From Acutalibacteraceae bacterium (GTDB taxonomy: Bacteria; Bacillota; Clostridia; Oscillospirales; Acutalibacteraceae), in the NCBI GenBank assembly GCA_045533175.1, contig JAZSHJ010000055.1, positions 1 to 46,326 of the forward strand: DNA of 46,326 bases, given 5' to 3'. Below are positions 27,418 through 36,269 of the stretch, in pieces (the stretch's first letter is position 1; each line of letters opens with the position of its first letter). A program made the position numbers and the translations under genes. A model generated the notes under the pieces. It had not been told where the DNA came from, made no database searches, and saw only the letters and a program-made list of their open reading frames with translations.

Positions 27418-29178
27418 ATGAAACCGGCAAAGACACGAAAAGGGATCGGATTGATTCGTCGCTTTTTACCGTACTATAAGAAATATCGCTTTGTGTTGTT
27501 GCTTGATTTGTTGTGTGCGGCGCTTACCACCGTGTGCGAACTGGTGCTGCCGATGATTGTGCGGCGCATCACAGGTCTAGCCACCAACGATTTGGCATCG
27601 CTCACCGTGGGATTGATCGTGCGGTGTACGGTACTGTACGTATTGTTGCGGGTTGTGGATACGGCGGCAAATTACTATATGGCCACCGTCGGACACATTA
27701 TGGGCACCAAGATCGAAACCGACATGCGGCACGATTTTTTTGCCCATTTGCAAAAGTTGTCCTTTTCTTATTACGATAATGCGAAGATCGGTACATTGAT
27801 GTCGCGCATTACCAACGATTTGTTTGATGTGACAGAATTTGCGCATCATTGTCCCGAGGAGTTCTTTATCGCGGGAATCAAAATTGTGTGTTCGTTCGCC
27901 ATTCTATGTACCATGAGTGTGCCGCTGACGTTGATCGTATTTTCGGTGATTCCGATCATGATCTTCGTGCTCTCTTTTTTCAGCAAACGCATGAAACAAC
28001 AGTTCCGCGATTCCCGTAAAGAGATCGGTGAGTTGAATTCGCAGGTGGAGGACAGTCTGCTTGGCGTGCGGGTAGTGAAATCGTTTGCACAGGAATCGTG
28101 CGAACAGGAGAAGTTTGATCGCAGCAATCAACGCTTTTTGAATGTAAAATCGCGGATGTACCACACGATGGGGGCATTTCAGTCCAGTACACGTCTGTTC
28201 GACGGAATCATGTACATATTGGTCGTGGCGGCCGGTGCGGTCTTTTTAATGAATCGAGCCATCACGGCGGCCGACTATGTGGCGTATCTGATGTTTGTTA
28301 CTACGTTGATCACTTCGGTGCGACGTATCGTGGAGTTTACCGAACAATTTCAACGCGGTATGACGGGGATAGAACGCTTCGGTGAAATTCTGGATATCCA
28401 ACCCGATATCAAGGATTCCAAAGAGGCTGTAACGCTTTCAAACGTAAAAGGGGATATCGTTTTCGAGGACGTATCCTTCCGCTACAACGAGGAAACACCG
28501 TGCGTGATCGAAGGGATGAATCTTACGGTCAAAGCAGGAGAGAGTGTGGCGCTTGTCGGGCCGTCCGGCGGCGGCAAAACTACCCTTTGTTCGCTGATTC
28601 CACGGTTTTACGATGTGAGCGAAGGAACCATTCGGCTTGACGGACAGGATATTCGTACGGTCACCACACGTTCGCTTCGCGAGAATATCGGAACGGTGGC
28701 GCAGGACGTTTACCTGTTTTCGGGAAGTGTGCGGGAAAATATCGCCTATGGTAAGAGCGACGCGACCGATGAGGAGATCGTGCAGGCGGCAAAAATGGCG
28801 GGCGCACACGATTTTATCCAAGAGTTGCCCGATGGATACGACACCTATGTGGGAGAACGCGGTGTGAAGCTTTCCGGTGGACAAAAACAGCGCATTTCCA
28901 TCGCCCGTGTCTTCTTGAAAAATCCGCCTATTTTGATTTTGGATGAAGCAACAAGTGCATTGGATAACGAAAGTGAACGGTTGGTACAACAATCGCTTGA
29001 ACGTCTGGCCAAAGGACGCACCACATTCACGATTGCTCATCGCCTTACCACCATTCGCAACGCCGATCGAATTTTGGTGTTGACCGAAAATGGCATTGAA
29101 GAATCCGGTACGCATCACGAATTGTTGGAAAAAGGTGGTTTGTACAGCGAATTGTACGCCATGTATTCCGCAAACTAA
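27418..29178 (+). CDS. ABC exporter with fused permease and ATPase (MsbA / multidrug type)
   Basis: Six-TM N-terminal domain, Walker A GPSGGGKTT, signature LSGGQKQRISIAR, and Walker B ILILDEATS. Confidence 0.9.
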   Translation: MKPAKTRKGIGLIRRFLPYYKKYRFVLLLDLLCAALTTVCELVLPMIVRRITGLATNDLASLTVGLIVRCTVLYVLLRVVDTAANYYMATVGHIMGTKIETDMRHDFFAHLQKLSFSYYDNAKIGTLMSRITNDLFDVTEFAHHCPEEFFIAGIKIVCSFAILCTMSVPLTLIVFSVIPIMIFVLSFFSKRMKQQFRDSRKEIGELNSQVEDSLLGVRVVKSFAQESCEQEKFDRSNQRFLNVKSRMYHTMGAFQSSTRLFDGIMYILVVAAGAVFLMNRAITAADYVAYLMFVTTLITSVRRIVEFTEQFQRGMTGIERFGEILDIQPDIKDSKEAVTLSNVKGDIVFEDVSFRYNEETPCVIEGMNLTVKAGESVALVGPSGGGKTTLCSLIPRFYDVSEGTIRLDGQDIRTVTTRSLRENIGTVAQDVYLFSGSVRENIAYGKSDATDEEIVQAAKMAGAHDFIQELPDGYDTYVGERGVKLSGGQKQRISIARVFLKNPPILILDEATSALDNESERLVQQSLERLAKGRTTFTIAHRLTTIRNADRILVLTENGIEESGTHHELLEKGGLYSELYAMYSAN

Positions 29179-29182
29179 AAAG

Positions 29183-29208
29183 ACTCCTCCGCTTTTAAAC
29201 GGAGGAGT
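29183..29208. terminator. Bidirectional hairpin between the ABC exporter gene and apgM
   Basis: actcctccg-cttttaaa-cggaggagt followed by TTTT. It overlaps the last codons of apgM. Confidence 0.6.
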
Positions 29209-30439
29209 TTTTCGTTTGCTTTTCCAACATGCGGTACATCAAGCGATACCCAATCTCTTGGTGAATGCCCGTGCTTCGCGCCGCCGCTTCGGTAAAGCGG
29301 GTGACACCGCTTTCTTTTTCGTTGTTACTGCGATACAGTAAGTACGGGACGGGATCGGCCGTGTGGGTGCGGATATTGAGAGGCGTGGGATGATCGGGCA
29401 GAATAAGGATAGAATACTCGCCTATATCGTTCAGAGATTTCAACAACGGCCCCAATACACGTTTATCGATGTCTTCGATGGCTTTTACCTTGTTGTGCAT
29501 CTCGCCGCGATGGCCACATTCATCGGGGCCTTCCAAGTGGATGTATACGAGATCTTGACCGTTCTTCAATTCTTCAATAGCCGCATTCAACTTGCCTTCA
29601 TAGTTGGTATCGATATATCCCGTAGCGCCGTCGACAGCACACACGTGCATATCGGCAATGCGTGCGATTCCTTTGAGCAGATCAACGGCCGAGATCATGG
29701 ATCCTTTGATACCGAAACGTTCGGTGAAGTTCTGCAAACTGGGGCGGTGTCCTTGCCCCCATAACCAAATGGCGTTGGCGGGATTTTCACCTTTTTCCGC
29801 GCGCGCTTTGTTAATGGGGTGATCCCGTAAAATGTCCACACTCTGTTGCATTAAGCGAAGCAGAGGTGCGGCATCGGGATGTGCGGGGATGTATTCTCCT
29901 ATCACACGACCGGTGATGTCATGAGGCGGCGTGATTTTCCCCAGCGCCGTTTTCCCGCCGTGCCACACAAGGCAATGGCGATAAGCCGTGCCGGTATAAA
30001 AATCAAACTCACCGCCGCCGAGCGTTTCTTGCAACGTGCGAATGATCGCATCTGCTTCGGCGGTGGGGATATCGCCTGCGCAGTAATCCAAAATCGTTTT
30101 TTCGGCGTACACGGTATCGTCCGACAGGGTGACAAGATTGCAACGCAAAGCCACATCGTCATCTGCAAGATCAATACCGATATTTGCGGCTTCTAAAGGA
30201 GAACGGCCGGTGTAACATTCTTTGGTATCATACCCCAGTACAGCCAGGTTGGCCACGTCGCTGCCGGGGGAGAGTCCGTCAGGCACGGTGCGCACCGTGC
30301 CGACTTCCGCCTTGCGAGCCAAGGCGTCCATGTGAGGTTTATTTGCAGCTTCGGCAGGAGTTTGTCCGTTCAATCCATCAAACGGAACATCGGCCATACC
30401 GTCGCATAACAGAACAACGTATTTCAAAACGATCACCAT
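29195..30439 (-). CDS. apgM: Cofactor-independent phosphoglycerate mutase, ApgM type
   Basis: KYVVLLCDGMAD...TPAEAANKPHMDALA...GSDVANLAVLGYD and the C-terminal DHPTP motif. The start is uncertain: the ATG at 30439, or the TTG four codons downstream (30427), which would give MKYVVLL. The open frame extends to 30508. Confidence 0.85.
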   Translation of the reverse strand: MVIVLKYVVLLCDGMADVPFDGLNGQTPAEAANKPHMDALARKAEVGTVRTVPDGLSPGSDVANLAVLGYDTKECYTGRSPLEAANIGIDLADDDVALRCNLVTLSDDTVYAEKTILDYCAGDIPTAEADAIIRTLQETLGGGEFDFYTGTAYRHCLVWHGGKTALGKITPPHDITGRVIGEYIPAHPDAAPLLRLMQQSVDILRDHPINKARAEKGENPANAIWLWGQGHRPSLQNFTERFGIKGSMISAVDLLKGIARIADMHVCAVDGATGYIDTNYEGKLNAAIEELKNGQDLVYIHLEGPDECGHRGEMHNKVKAIEDIDKRVLGPLLKSLNDIGEYSILILPDHPTPLNIRTHTADPVPYLLYRSNNEKESGVTRFTEAAARSTGIHQEIGYRLMYRMLEKQTKNSSV

Positions 30440-30514
30440 TCCTTTCGCTTGGTTTCTATTATACTCAAAACGCAAAAAAAGGGAAGAGGTTTCCAATATT
30501 TTTTTCAAATGTGG

Positions 30515-30543
30515 TTGATTTTTCTTTCGGAATGCGGTATACT
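30515..30543 (+). promoter_or_regulatory. Sigma-A promoter for the oadG/oadB-like pair
   Basis: TTGATT, a 17-nt spacer, then TATACT. Confidence 0.45.
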
Positions 30544-30614
30544 GTCGATATGATGATAATGGGGGAGTTTGGTGGCAAAATACCCCCTTCTTTTTCAGAA
30601 AGCGAGGCTACGAT

Positions 30615-31016
30615 ATGTATAACTTTATGGCAGCGGTAGAAGCGGGAGGCTCGATTCTCGGCGATTCGTTGATGACGGGACTCACTTTGCTTGTGGTCGT
30701 GTTTGCGGCGCTGGTGGCTTTGTCGTTGGTGATTCAGCTGTTCGGCAAAGTCGGCACATCCGAAAAACAGCCTGTCAAACAAGCCGCAACCCCTGCACCG
30801 ACTGTAAAGAAGGCGGCTGTTGTATCTGCTCCGACACCTGTGGCTTCTGTTGCCGCAGAGGATGAAGATGAAGTGGCGGCTGTTATTGCGGCGGCGGTGG
30901 CTATGATGGCGCCTGCCGGGGTGACCTATCGCGTGCGTCGCATCACACCGGTTGGCTCGCGTGCCCGTTCCGAATGGGCAACGGCTGCTGTGCAGCAGAA
31001 CACCATGCCTTTTTAA
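30615..31016 (+). CDS. OadG-family small subunit of a Na+-translocating decarboxylase
   Basis: A single N-terminal TM helix, an Ala/Pro-rich linker, and the motif EDEDEVAAVIAAAVAMM that is typical of OadG/MmdD-like subunits. Confidence 0.7.
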   Translation: MYNFMAAVEAGGSILGDSLMTGLTLLVVVFAALVALSLVIQLFGKVGTSEKQPVKQAATPAPTVKKAAVVSAPTPVASVAAEDEDEVAAVIAAAVAMMAPAGVTYRVRRITPVGSRARSEWATAAVQQNTMPF

Positions 31017-31037
31017 TCGTGTAGAAGGAGGATTGTC

Positions 31038-32339
31038 GTGGAAGCATTATGGAAGGCCATTGTTGAGTTGTGGAACGAATCGGGTTTCGCTCAACTTTTC
31101 AATTTTGAAGGCGGCGGCTGGAAGAACCTCATCATGATTCTGGTTTCGTTCGTACTTATCTACTTGGCAATTAAGAAGCAGTTTGAACCGATGCTCCTTT
31201 TGCCGATTGCTTTCGGTATGCTGCTTTGCAACCTGCCGTTGACTGGTATTATGGATCCGCAGCAGAACTCGCTTGTGCCGTTCACGGCAGAGGAAGTGGA
31301 ACTGTATGCCAAAGGCGTCGTGGCACAGAATTATCCCATCTTTGAACAAAAGGCGGCCGACGGTACGATATCCTATTTCTGGCAGCATTTTGAGCAAGGC
31401 GGTCTGATGTGGTATCTGTACCAAGGCGTTAAATTTGGTATTTATCCGCCGCTGATCTTCCTTGGAATCGGTTGTATGACCGACTTCGGTCCGCTGATCT
31501 CCAACCCGAAGAGCTTGTTGCTCGGTGCGGCGGCACAGTTCGGTATTATTACCACCTTTGTCGGTGCACGCGCCTTGAATTTGCTTGGCATTGAATCACT
31601 GCTCTTCAGCAAAACGGAAGCAGCCTCCATTGCCATCATCGGTGGTGCGGATGGTCCCACGGCCATTTTCTTGACGTCACAATTGGCACCGCATCTGCTT
31701 GGTGCGATTGCGGTGGCGGCATACTCTTATATGGCGTTGGTGCCGATCATCCAACCCCCCATTATGAAGATGCTCACCACCAAAGAAGAGCGCTCGATTA
31801 AAATGGATCAGTTGAAGCCGGTCACCAAAAATCAAAAGATTCTGTTCCCGATCGTCGTGACGCTCCTCTGTGTGTTGTTGTTGCCTTCGGCGGCACCGTT
31901 GATCGGTATGTTGATGCTCGGCAACCTCTTCAAAGAGTCCGGCGTGGTGGAACGTCTTTCCAAAACGGCGCAGAACGATTTGATGAACATCATCACCATC
32001 TTCTTGGGTGTGACGGTGGGTGCCACCGCCAACGCAGACACCTTCTTGCAACCGAAGACCTTGCTTATTATCTGCCTTGGCCTGATTGCGTTCAGTTTCG
32101 GTACGGCAGGTGGTGTGCTGTTTGCAAAGGTTATGAACCTGTTCAGCAAGAAGAAGATCAATCCGTTGATCGGTTCGGCCGGTGTGTCGGCTGTGCCGAT
32201 GGCGGCGCGTGTGTCGCAAAAGGTTGGTCAGCAGGAGAATCCCGATAACTTCCTGTTGATGCACGCTATGGGCCCGAACGTGGCGGGTGTTATCGGTTCG
32301 GCCGTGGCCGCCGGTGTGCTGTTGTCGCTGTTCGGCTAA
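31038..32339 (+). CDS. Na+-translocating decarboxylase beta subunit (OadB/GcdB/MmdB family)
   Basis: Polytopic membrane protein with IIGGADGPT and [14 protein letters not shown] motifs. GTG start 6 nt after AAGGAGG. Confidence 0.88.
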   Translation: MEALWKAIVELWNESGFAQLFNFEGGGWKNLIMILVSFVLIYLAIKKQFEPMLLLPIAFGMLLCNLPLTGIMDPQQNSLVPFTAEEVELYAKGVVAQNYPIFEQKAADGTISYFWQHFEQGGLMWYLYQGVKFGIYPPLIFLGIGCMTDFGPLISNPKSLLLGAAAQFGIITTFVGARALNLLGIESLLFSKTEAASIAIIGGADGPTAIFLTSQLAPHLLGAIAVAAYSYMALVPIIQPPIMKMLTTKEERSIKMDQLKPVTKNQKILFPIVVTLLCVLLLPSAAPLIGMLMLGNLFKESGVVERLSKTAQNDLMNIITIFLGVTVGATANADTFLQPKTLLIICLGLIAFSFGTAGGVLFAKVMNLFSKKKINPLIGSAGVSAVPMAARVSQKVGQQENPDNFLLMHAMGPNVAGVIGSAVAAGVLLSLFG

Positions 32340-32351
32340 TAAGAAACAAAA

Positions 32352-32385
32352 AGCAGGGCGGGCTACCGTCCTGCTTATTCTTTTG
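32352..32385 (+). terminator. Intrinsic terminator after the beta subunit gene
   Basis: agcaggg-cgggctaccg-tcctgct followed by a T-rich tail. Confidence 0.6.
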
Positions 32386-32398
32386 AAAGGAACGCAGT

Positions 32399-34840
32399 AT
32401 GAACGAGTTTGTTACATTACGCCGCCGTTTGATGGAAACGGTGTTTTCTCGCATGAATAAGGAACAACGCCGTGCGGTGTTTCATGTGAACGGTCCGTTA
32501 CTGATTTTGGCGGGTGCGGGAAGCGGAAAGACCACGGTACTTGTTAATCGTGTGGCAAATTTAATTCGCTTTGGTGATTCCTATGCTTCGGAACAACAGC
32601 CGTTTTCTTTAACCGAAGAGGATATGACCCGTTTGCGCGCTGTCGTGAACGGCACAGAGGAAGCGGATGAATCGCTCTATCGTCTTTGTGCGGTGGATCC
32701 TTGTCCTGCTTGGAAGATTTTGGCCATCACCTTCACGAACAAGGCGGCAGGCGAATTGAAAGAGCGTCTTTCCCGTATGCTCGGTGGTGCCGGGGGCGAC
32801 GTTTGGGCCAGCACGTTCCACTCGTTTTGCGCACGTGTCTTGCGGCAAGACGGTGCTTCGCTCGGCTATTCTTCGCACTTTACCATTTACGACACGGATG
32901 ACAGCCGTCGCTTGATGAAAGAGTGCATGAAAGCGCTGAACGTCGAAGAAAAAGTGTTGGGACACAAACTGATTTTAAATGAGATCAGCCGTGCGAAAGA
33001 CAGTTTGCGCGGTCCTGAACAATATGCGGCCGAAGCCGGTGCAGACTTCCGTTTGAAAACGGTTGCAAAATGTTACGGAATGTATCAGCGACGTCTTTTG
33101 GAAGCGGATGCCATGGATTTTGATGATTTGCTGTTCAAAACCGTGGAGCTGTTGCAGACGAATGCCGATGTATGTGATCGGTGGCAACAGCGGTTTCGTT
33201 ACATTATGGTGGATGAGTATCAGGATACCAGTTATGCACAGTATTGCCTTGTAAGCCTGTTGGCCGAAAAGAATCGAAATCTTTGCGTGGTCGGGGACGA
33301 CGATCAGAGCATTTACAAATTTCGCGGTGCCACCATTGAAAATATATTGAATTTTGAAGAGCATTTCAAAGGGTGTACCACCATTCGTTTGGAGCAAAAC
33401 TACCGTTCCACCGGTACGGTGTTGGATGCGGCAAATGCCGTAATCGCGCTGAATCGCGGCCGCAAAGGAAAGACGCTGTGGACCGAAAATCCGAAGGGGG
33501 ATAAAATTCATCTGGAAGTGTTGGATAACGAGGATGAAGAAGCGCGTTTTGTGGCGGATACCATATTGGACGGTGTGGCTAAAGGGCGTAAGTACAGCGA
33601 TCATGCGGTGTTGTATCGTGCCAACGCCCAATCCAACGCCATTGAGCGTGCCATGGTGAAAAGCGGTATTCCGTACCGTATATTCGGCGGCCATCGTTTC
33701 TTCGACACCAAGGAAGTGCGGGATGCGGTAGCGTATTTGCGCGTTATCAACAACCCCGATGACAGCGTGAGTCTGCGCCGCATTATCAATGAGCCAAAGC
33801 GCGGTATCGGTGATACCACGCTGGATACTGCCGCTGCTATTGCGGAGGAACAGGGGATAAGTCTCTACCGTGTGTTGCAAGAAGCGGAAAATAATGCCGC
33901 GCTCAGTCGTGCCGCTTCACGGATTCGCTCATTTGTAGACATGATGGATACGCTGCGTGACAGCGTGGAGGAAGAAGAGGTTGCATTGCACCTTTTATAT
34001 GAATCTATGCTGGAAAAAACGGGGTATCGTGCCATGTGGGAAATGGCGGGCGAAACGGAAGCGGGGCGTGTGGAAAATCTGAAAGAATTGGAATCCTCCA
34101 TTCTGGAATATGAAAAAGCCAACGGGGAAGAGGGGAGCCTTTCCGGCTTTCTGGAAGAAGCTGCGTTGATGACCGACGTGGATAATTACGATGCCGGTGC
34201 CGATACGGTTGTGATGATGACGATGCACGCGGCGAAAGGATTGGAATTCCCCGTGGTATTTTTGCCCGGATTTGAAGATGGGGTTTTCCCGGGAAATGCT
34301 TCGTTATTCAGCGAAGAAGACATGGAAGAAGAACGTCGCCTTTGTTATGTGGCTATTACGCGCACCGAAGAAAAGTTGTATCTTTCGCGTGCACGCAGTC
34401 GTATACTGTACGGTTCGACCAATCGTAACCGTGAATCACGGTTTGTTGCGGCGATACCGGGAGATTTGTTGGAAGAGCACGAGAACACACCATCGTTCGG
34501 TCGCGATCAAAGCCGTTCCAACCCGTGGGGCGGATATTCCGACAGCGCCGTTACGGTGAATTACAAAGCGGATACGGCGGCAAAACCGATGTATACCCAA
34601 TCGCATTATAACGCTTCGTCTGCGGCATATACCAAAATCGGTACCCCACCCAAGTCAACGGCAAACAACGTGCCGAAGGAAGTGTGGAATATCGGTGACA
34701 ATGTGCGACACAAAACGTTTGGCGACGGCGTTGTTGAAGCAGCATCCCCGATGGGTAACGACACCTTACTTACGGTCAAATTCAGCCAAGTCGGTGTTAA
34801 GAAAATAATGGCGAATTTTGCCAAATTGGAACGCATATAA
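32399..34840 (+). CDS. pcrA: ATP-dependent DNA helicase PcrA/UvrD
   Basis: Motif I GAGSGKTT, motif II VDEYQDT, VMMTMHAAKGLEFP, and a C-terminal Tudor-like tail. Confidence 0.92.
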   Translation: MNEFVTLRRRLMETVFSRMNKEQRRAVFHVNGPLLILAGAGSGKTTVLVNRVANLIRFGDSYASEQQPFSLTEEDMTRLRAVVNGTEEADESLYRLCAVDPCPAWKILAITFTNKAAGELKERLSRMLGGAGGDVWASTFHSFCARVLRQDGASLGYSSHFTIYDTDDSRRLMKECMKALNVEEKVLGHKLILNEISRAKDSLRGPEQYAAEAGADFRLKTVAKCYGMYQRRLLEADAMDFDDLLFKTVELLQTNADVCDRWQQRFRYIMVDEYQDTSYAQYCLVSLLAEKNRNLCVVGDDDQSIYKFRGATIENILNFEEHFKGCTTIRLEQNYRSTGTVLDAANAVIALNRGRKGKTLWTENPKGDKIHLEVLDNEDEEARFVADTILDGVAKGRKYSDHAVLYRANAQSNAIERAMVKSGIPYRIFGGHRFFDTKEVRDAVAYLRVINNPDDSVSLRRIINEPKRGIGDTTLDTAAAIAEEQGISLYRVLQEAENNAALSRAASRIRSFVDMMDTLRDSVEEEEVALHLLYESMLEKTGYRAMWEMAGETEAGRVENLKELESSILEYEKANGEEGSLSGFLEEAALMTDVDNYDAGADTVVMMTMHAAKGLEFPVVFLPGFEDGVFPGNASLFSEEDMEEERRLCYVAITRTEEKLYLSRARSRILYGSTNRNRESRFVAAIPGDLLEEHENTPSFGRDQSRSNPWGGYSDSAVTVNYKADTAAKPMYTQSHYNASSAAYTKIGTPPKSTANNVPKEVWNIGDNVRHKTFGDGVVEAASPMGNDTLLTVKFSQVGVKKIMANFAKLERI

Positions 34841-34928
34841 ACAGGAACCGAACAAATCCCTCTGCATACGATGGAATGAAGCGTGATGCGTAAACGCCGC
34901 TTTAATCCATTATTCAGGGGGATTTGCT

Positions 34929-35729
34929 ATGTCCGATAGGAATTATCATCGCGAGAACACAAACTGCAAAGAAGCGGTTTGTGTGGACGCAGGACGGGTA
35001 TACGACTCCTGCGCCGACAAGGATTGTGCCGAAAATCTGCAGGTGTATTTTACCGATCGGGATCGCATGTTGATCGACCATGCATCCAGCATCCGCGTAA
35101 AAGGTGCCGAGGTACTTACAACGTGTATCGACGTGGAAGCGCTGCCCTTTAATCGCGGCTATTATTCGTGCGATCTGACCTTCTATTTTCAAATCACGGT
35201 GGAAGTGTATTCCGGTCATGGTGTGCCCAGCAGTACCGTTTGCGGCATTGCTATGTTCAGCAAAAAGGTGATCCTGTATGGCGGCGAGGGCGGCGTTAAA
35301 GTGTTTCGCAGCGAATTCTGCCCCGAAGCCCACGATCGCCAGGAGATGCCCACGCGAAATATGCCTCGTTGTACTGTTCAAGTGGCCGAGCCGGTTGTTT
35401 TGGGTGCACAATTGGTGGATGCGGCGGATGATCGTTGCTGTTGCTGTTGCTGTTGCGGAATTCCCGACAGTATTCAACACCGCTTCGGCGGATGCTTTGT
35501 CGACAGCCGTGAAGGAAAAACCGTGTTGGTTACCATCGGTGTGTTTACCATCGTACAGTTGATCCGCAACGTTCAAATGCTGATGCCGGTATATGATTTC
35601 TGCATGCCTTCCAAGGAGTGCACGCCGTGTAATACCAACGAAAATCCCTGTGATTTGTTCCGAAAAATGTCGTTTCCCGTGGATGAGTTTTTCCCGCCGA
35701 AAGGAACATCGAACGATTGCGGCTGTTAA
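34929..35729 (+). CDS. Cysteine-rich hypothetical protein (23 Cys, including an uninterrupted C7 run)
   Basis: The frame is open for 266 aa, with the ribosome-binding site CAGGGGGA 6 nt upstream. It contains CVDAGRVYDSCADKDC, DDRCCCCCCCG and a C-terminal CxxCx6C...CGC. I could not recall a matching family. Confidence 0.75.
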   Translation: MSDRNYHRENTNCKEAVCVDAGRVYDSCADKDCAENLQVYFTDRDRMLIDHASSIRVKGAEVLTTCIDVEALPFNRGYYSCDLTFYFQITVEVYSGHGVPSSTVCGIAMFSKKVILYGGEGGVKVFRSEFCPEAHDRQEMPTRNMPRCTVQVAEPVVLGAQLVDAADDRCCCCCCCGIPDSIQHRFGGCFVDSREGKTVLVTIGVFTIVQLIRNVQMLMPVYDFCMPSKECTPCNTNENPCDLFRKMSFPVDEFFPPKGTSNDCGC

Positions 35730-35742
35730 CTAATCAAAAGGG

Positions 35743-35768
35743 AAGGGGTTGCCCGGTGGCAACCCCTT
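35743..35768. terminator. Bidirectional terminator between convergent genes
   Basis: aaggggttgcc-cggt-ggcaacccctt forms an 11-bp perfect stem. Confidence 0.8.
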
Positions 35769-35773
35769 TCGCG

Positions 35774-36109
35774 TTATCGGCAACAACCTTTGTCGCCGCA
35801 CTTAAAGGTACGGCAGGCAGTTTGCTCCGATTTTTCGGCAGATACGCCATCCATTTTAATGGCATCCGCAGCACATTGTTGCTGCTTGTTATACACACAG
35901 TTCACCGCCGAACAACGAATCGGCATTTCGGTATTGACATGGCTGTAATCCATGGCGTTGGTGGCGTTGCCGTTGATCGGACGGAAAGATTCACAGCAGG
36001 TCTCTTGGTAATTGGTTGCTTGGCTGCCGCCGACTTGGATATCCGGTCGACAGCAGAGTCCGTCACGGTTGCTGATGCAATGACGGGCATCACATTTCAG
36101 TTGCGTCAT
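35774..36109 (-). CDS. DUF1540 domain protein (two Cys4 modules)
   Basis: It contains two copies of the DUF1540 pattern. The first is LKCDARHCISNRDGLCCRPDIQVGG...ETCCESF. The second is IRCSAVNCVYNKQQQCAADAIKMDG...QTACRTF. The ATG at 36109 lies 6 nt after GAGGTG. Confidence 0.8.
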   Translation of the reverse strand: MTQLKCDARHCISNRDGLCCRPDIQVGGSQATNYQETCCESFRPINGNATNAMDYSHVNTEMPIRCSAVNCVYNKQQQCAADAIKMDGVSAEKSEQTACRTFKCGDKGCCR

Positions 36110-36199
36110 TATATACACCTCATAAACAATATTTGCGGGACATCTATAGTATTGCTGTACGGTTTCGGAATATTCCGAGAAATATGCAAAGGGAAGCAC

Positions 36200-36228
36200 T
36201 TGACAAACCGTGTTTAGTGTGATATATT
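36200..36228 (+). promoter_or_regulatory. Near-consensus sigma-A promoter firing into an ORF-free region
   Basis: TTGACA, a 17-nt spacer, then TGaTATATT (extended -10). No ORF of 60 aa or more lies downstream until 36820. Confidence 0.5.
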
Positions 36229-36239
36229 TTACTTGCGTT

Positions 36240-36269
36240 AACTATACAAAATGAATATTTTGTATAGTT
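36240..36269. repeat. Perfect 13-bp inverted repeat with a 4-nt spacer
   Basis: aactatacaaaat-gaat-attttgtatagtt lies 12 nt downstream of the -10 element at 36223-36228. Confidence 0.9.
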
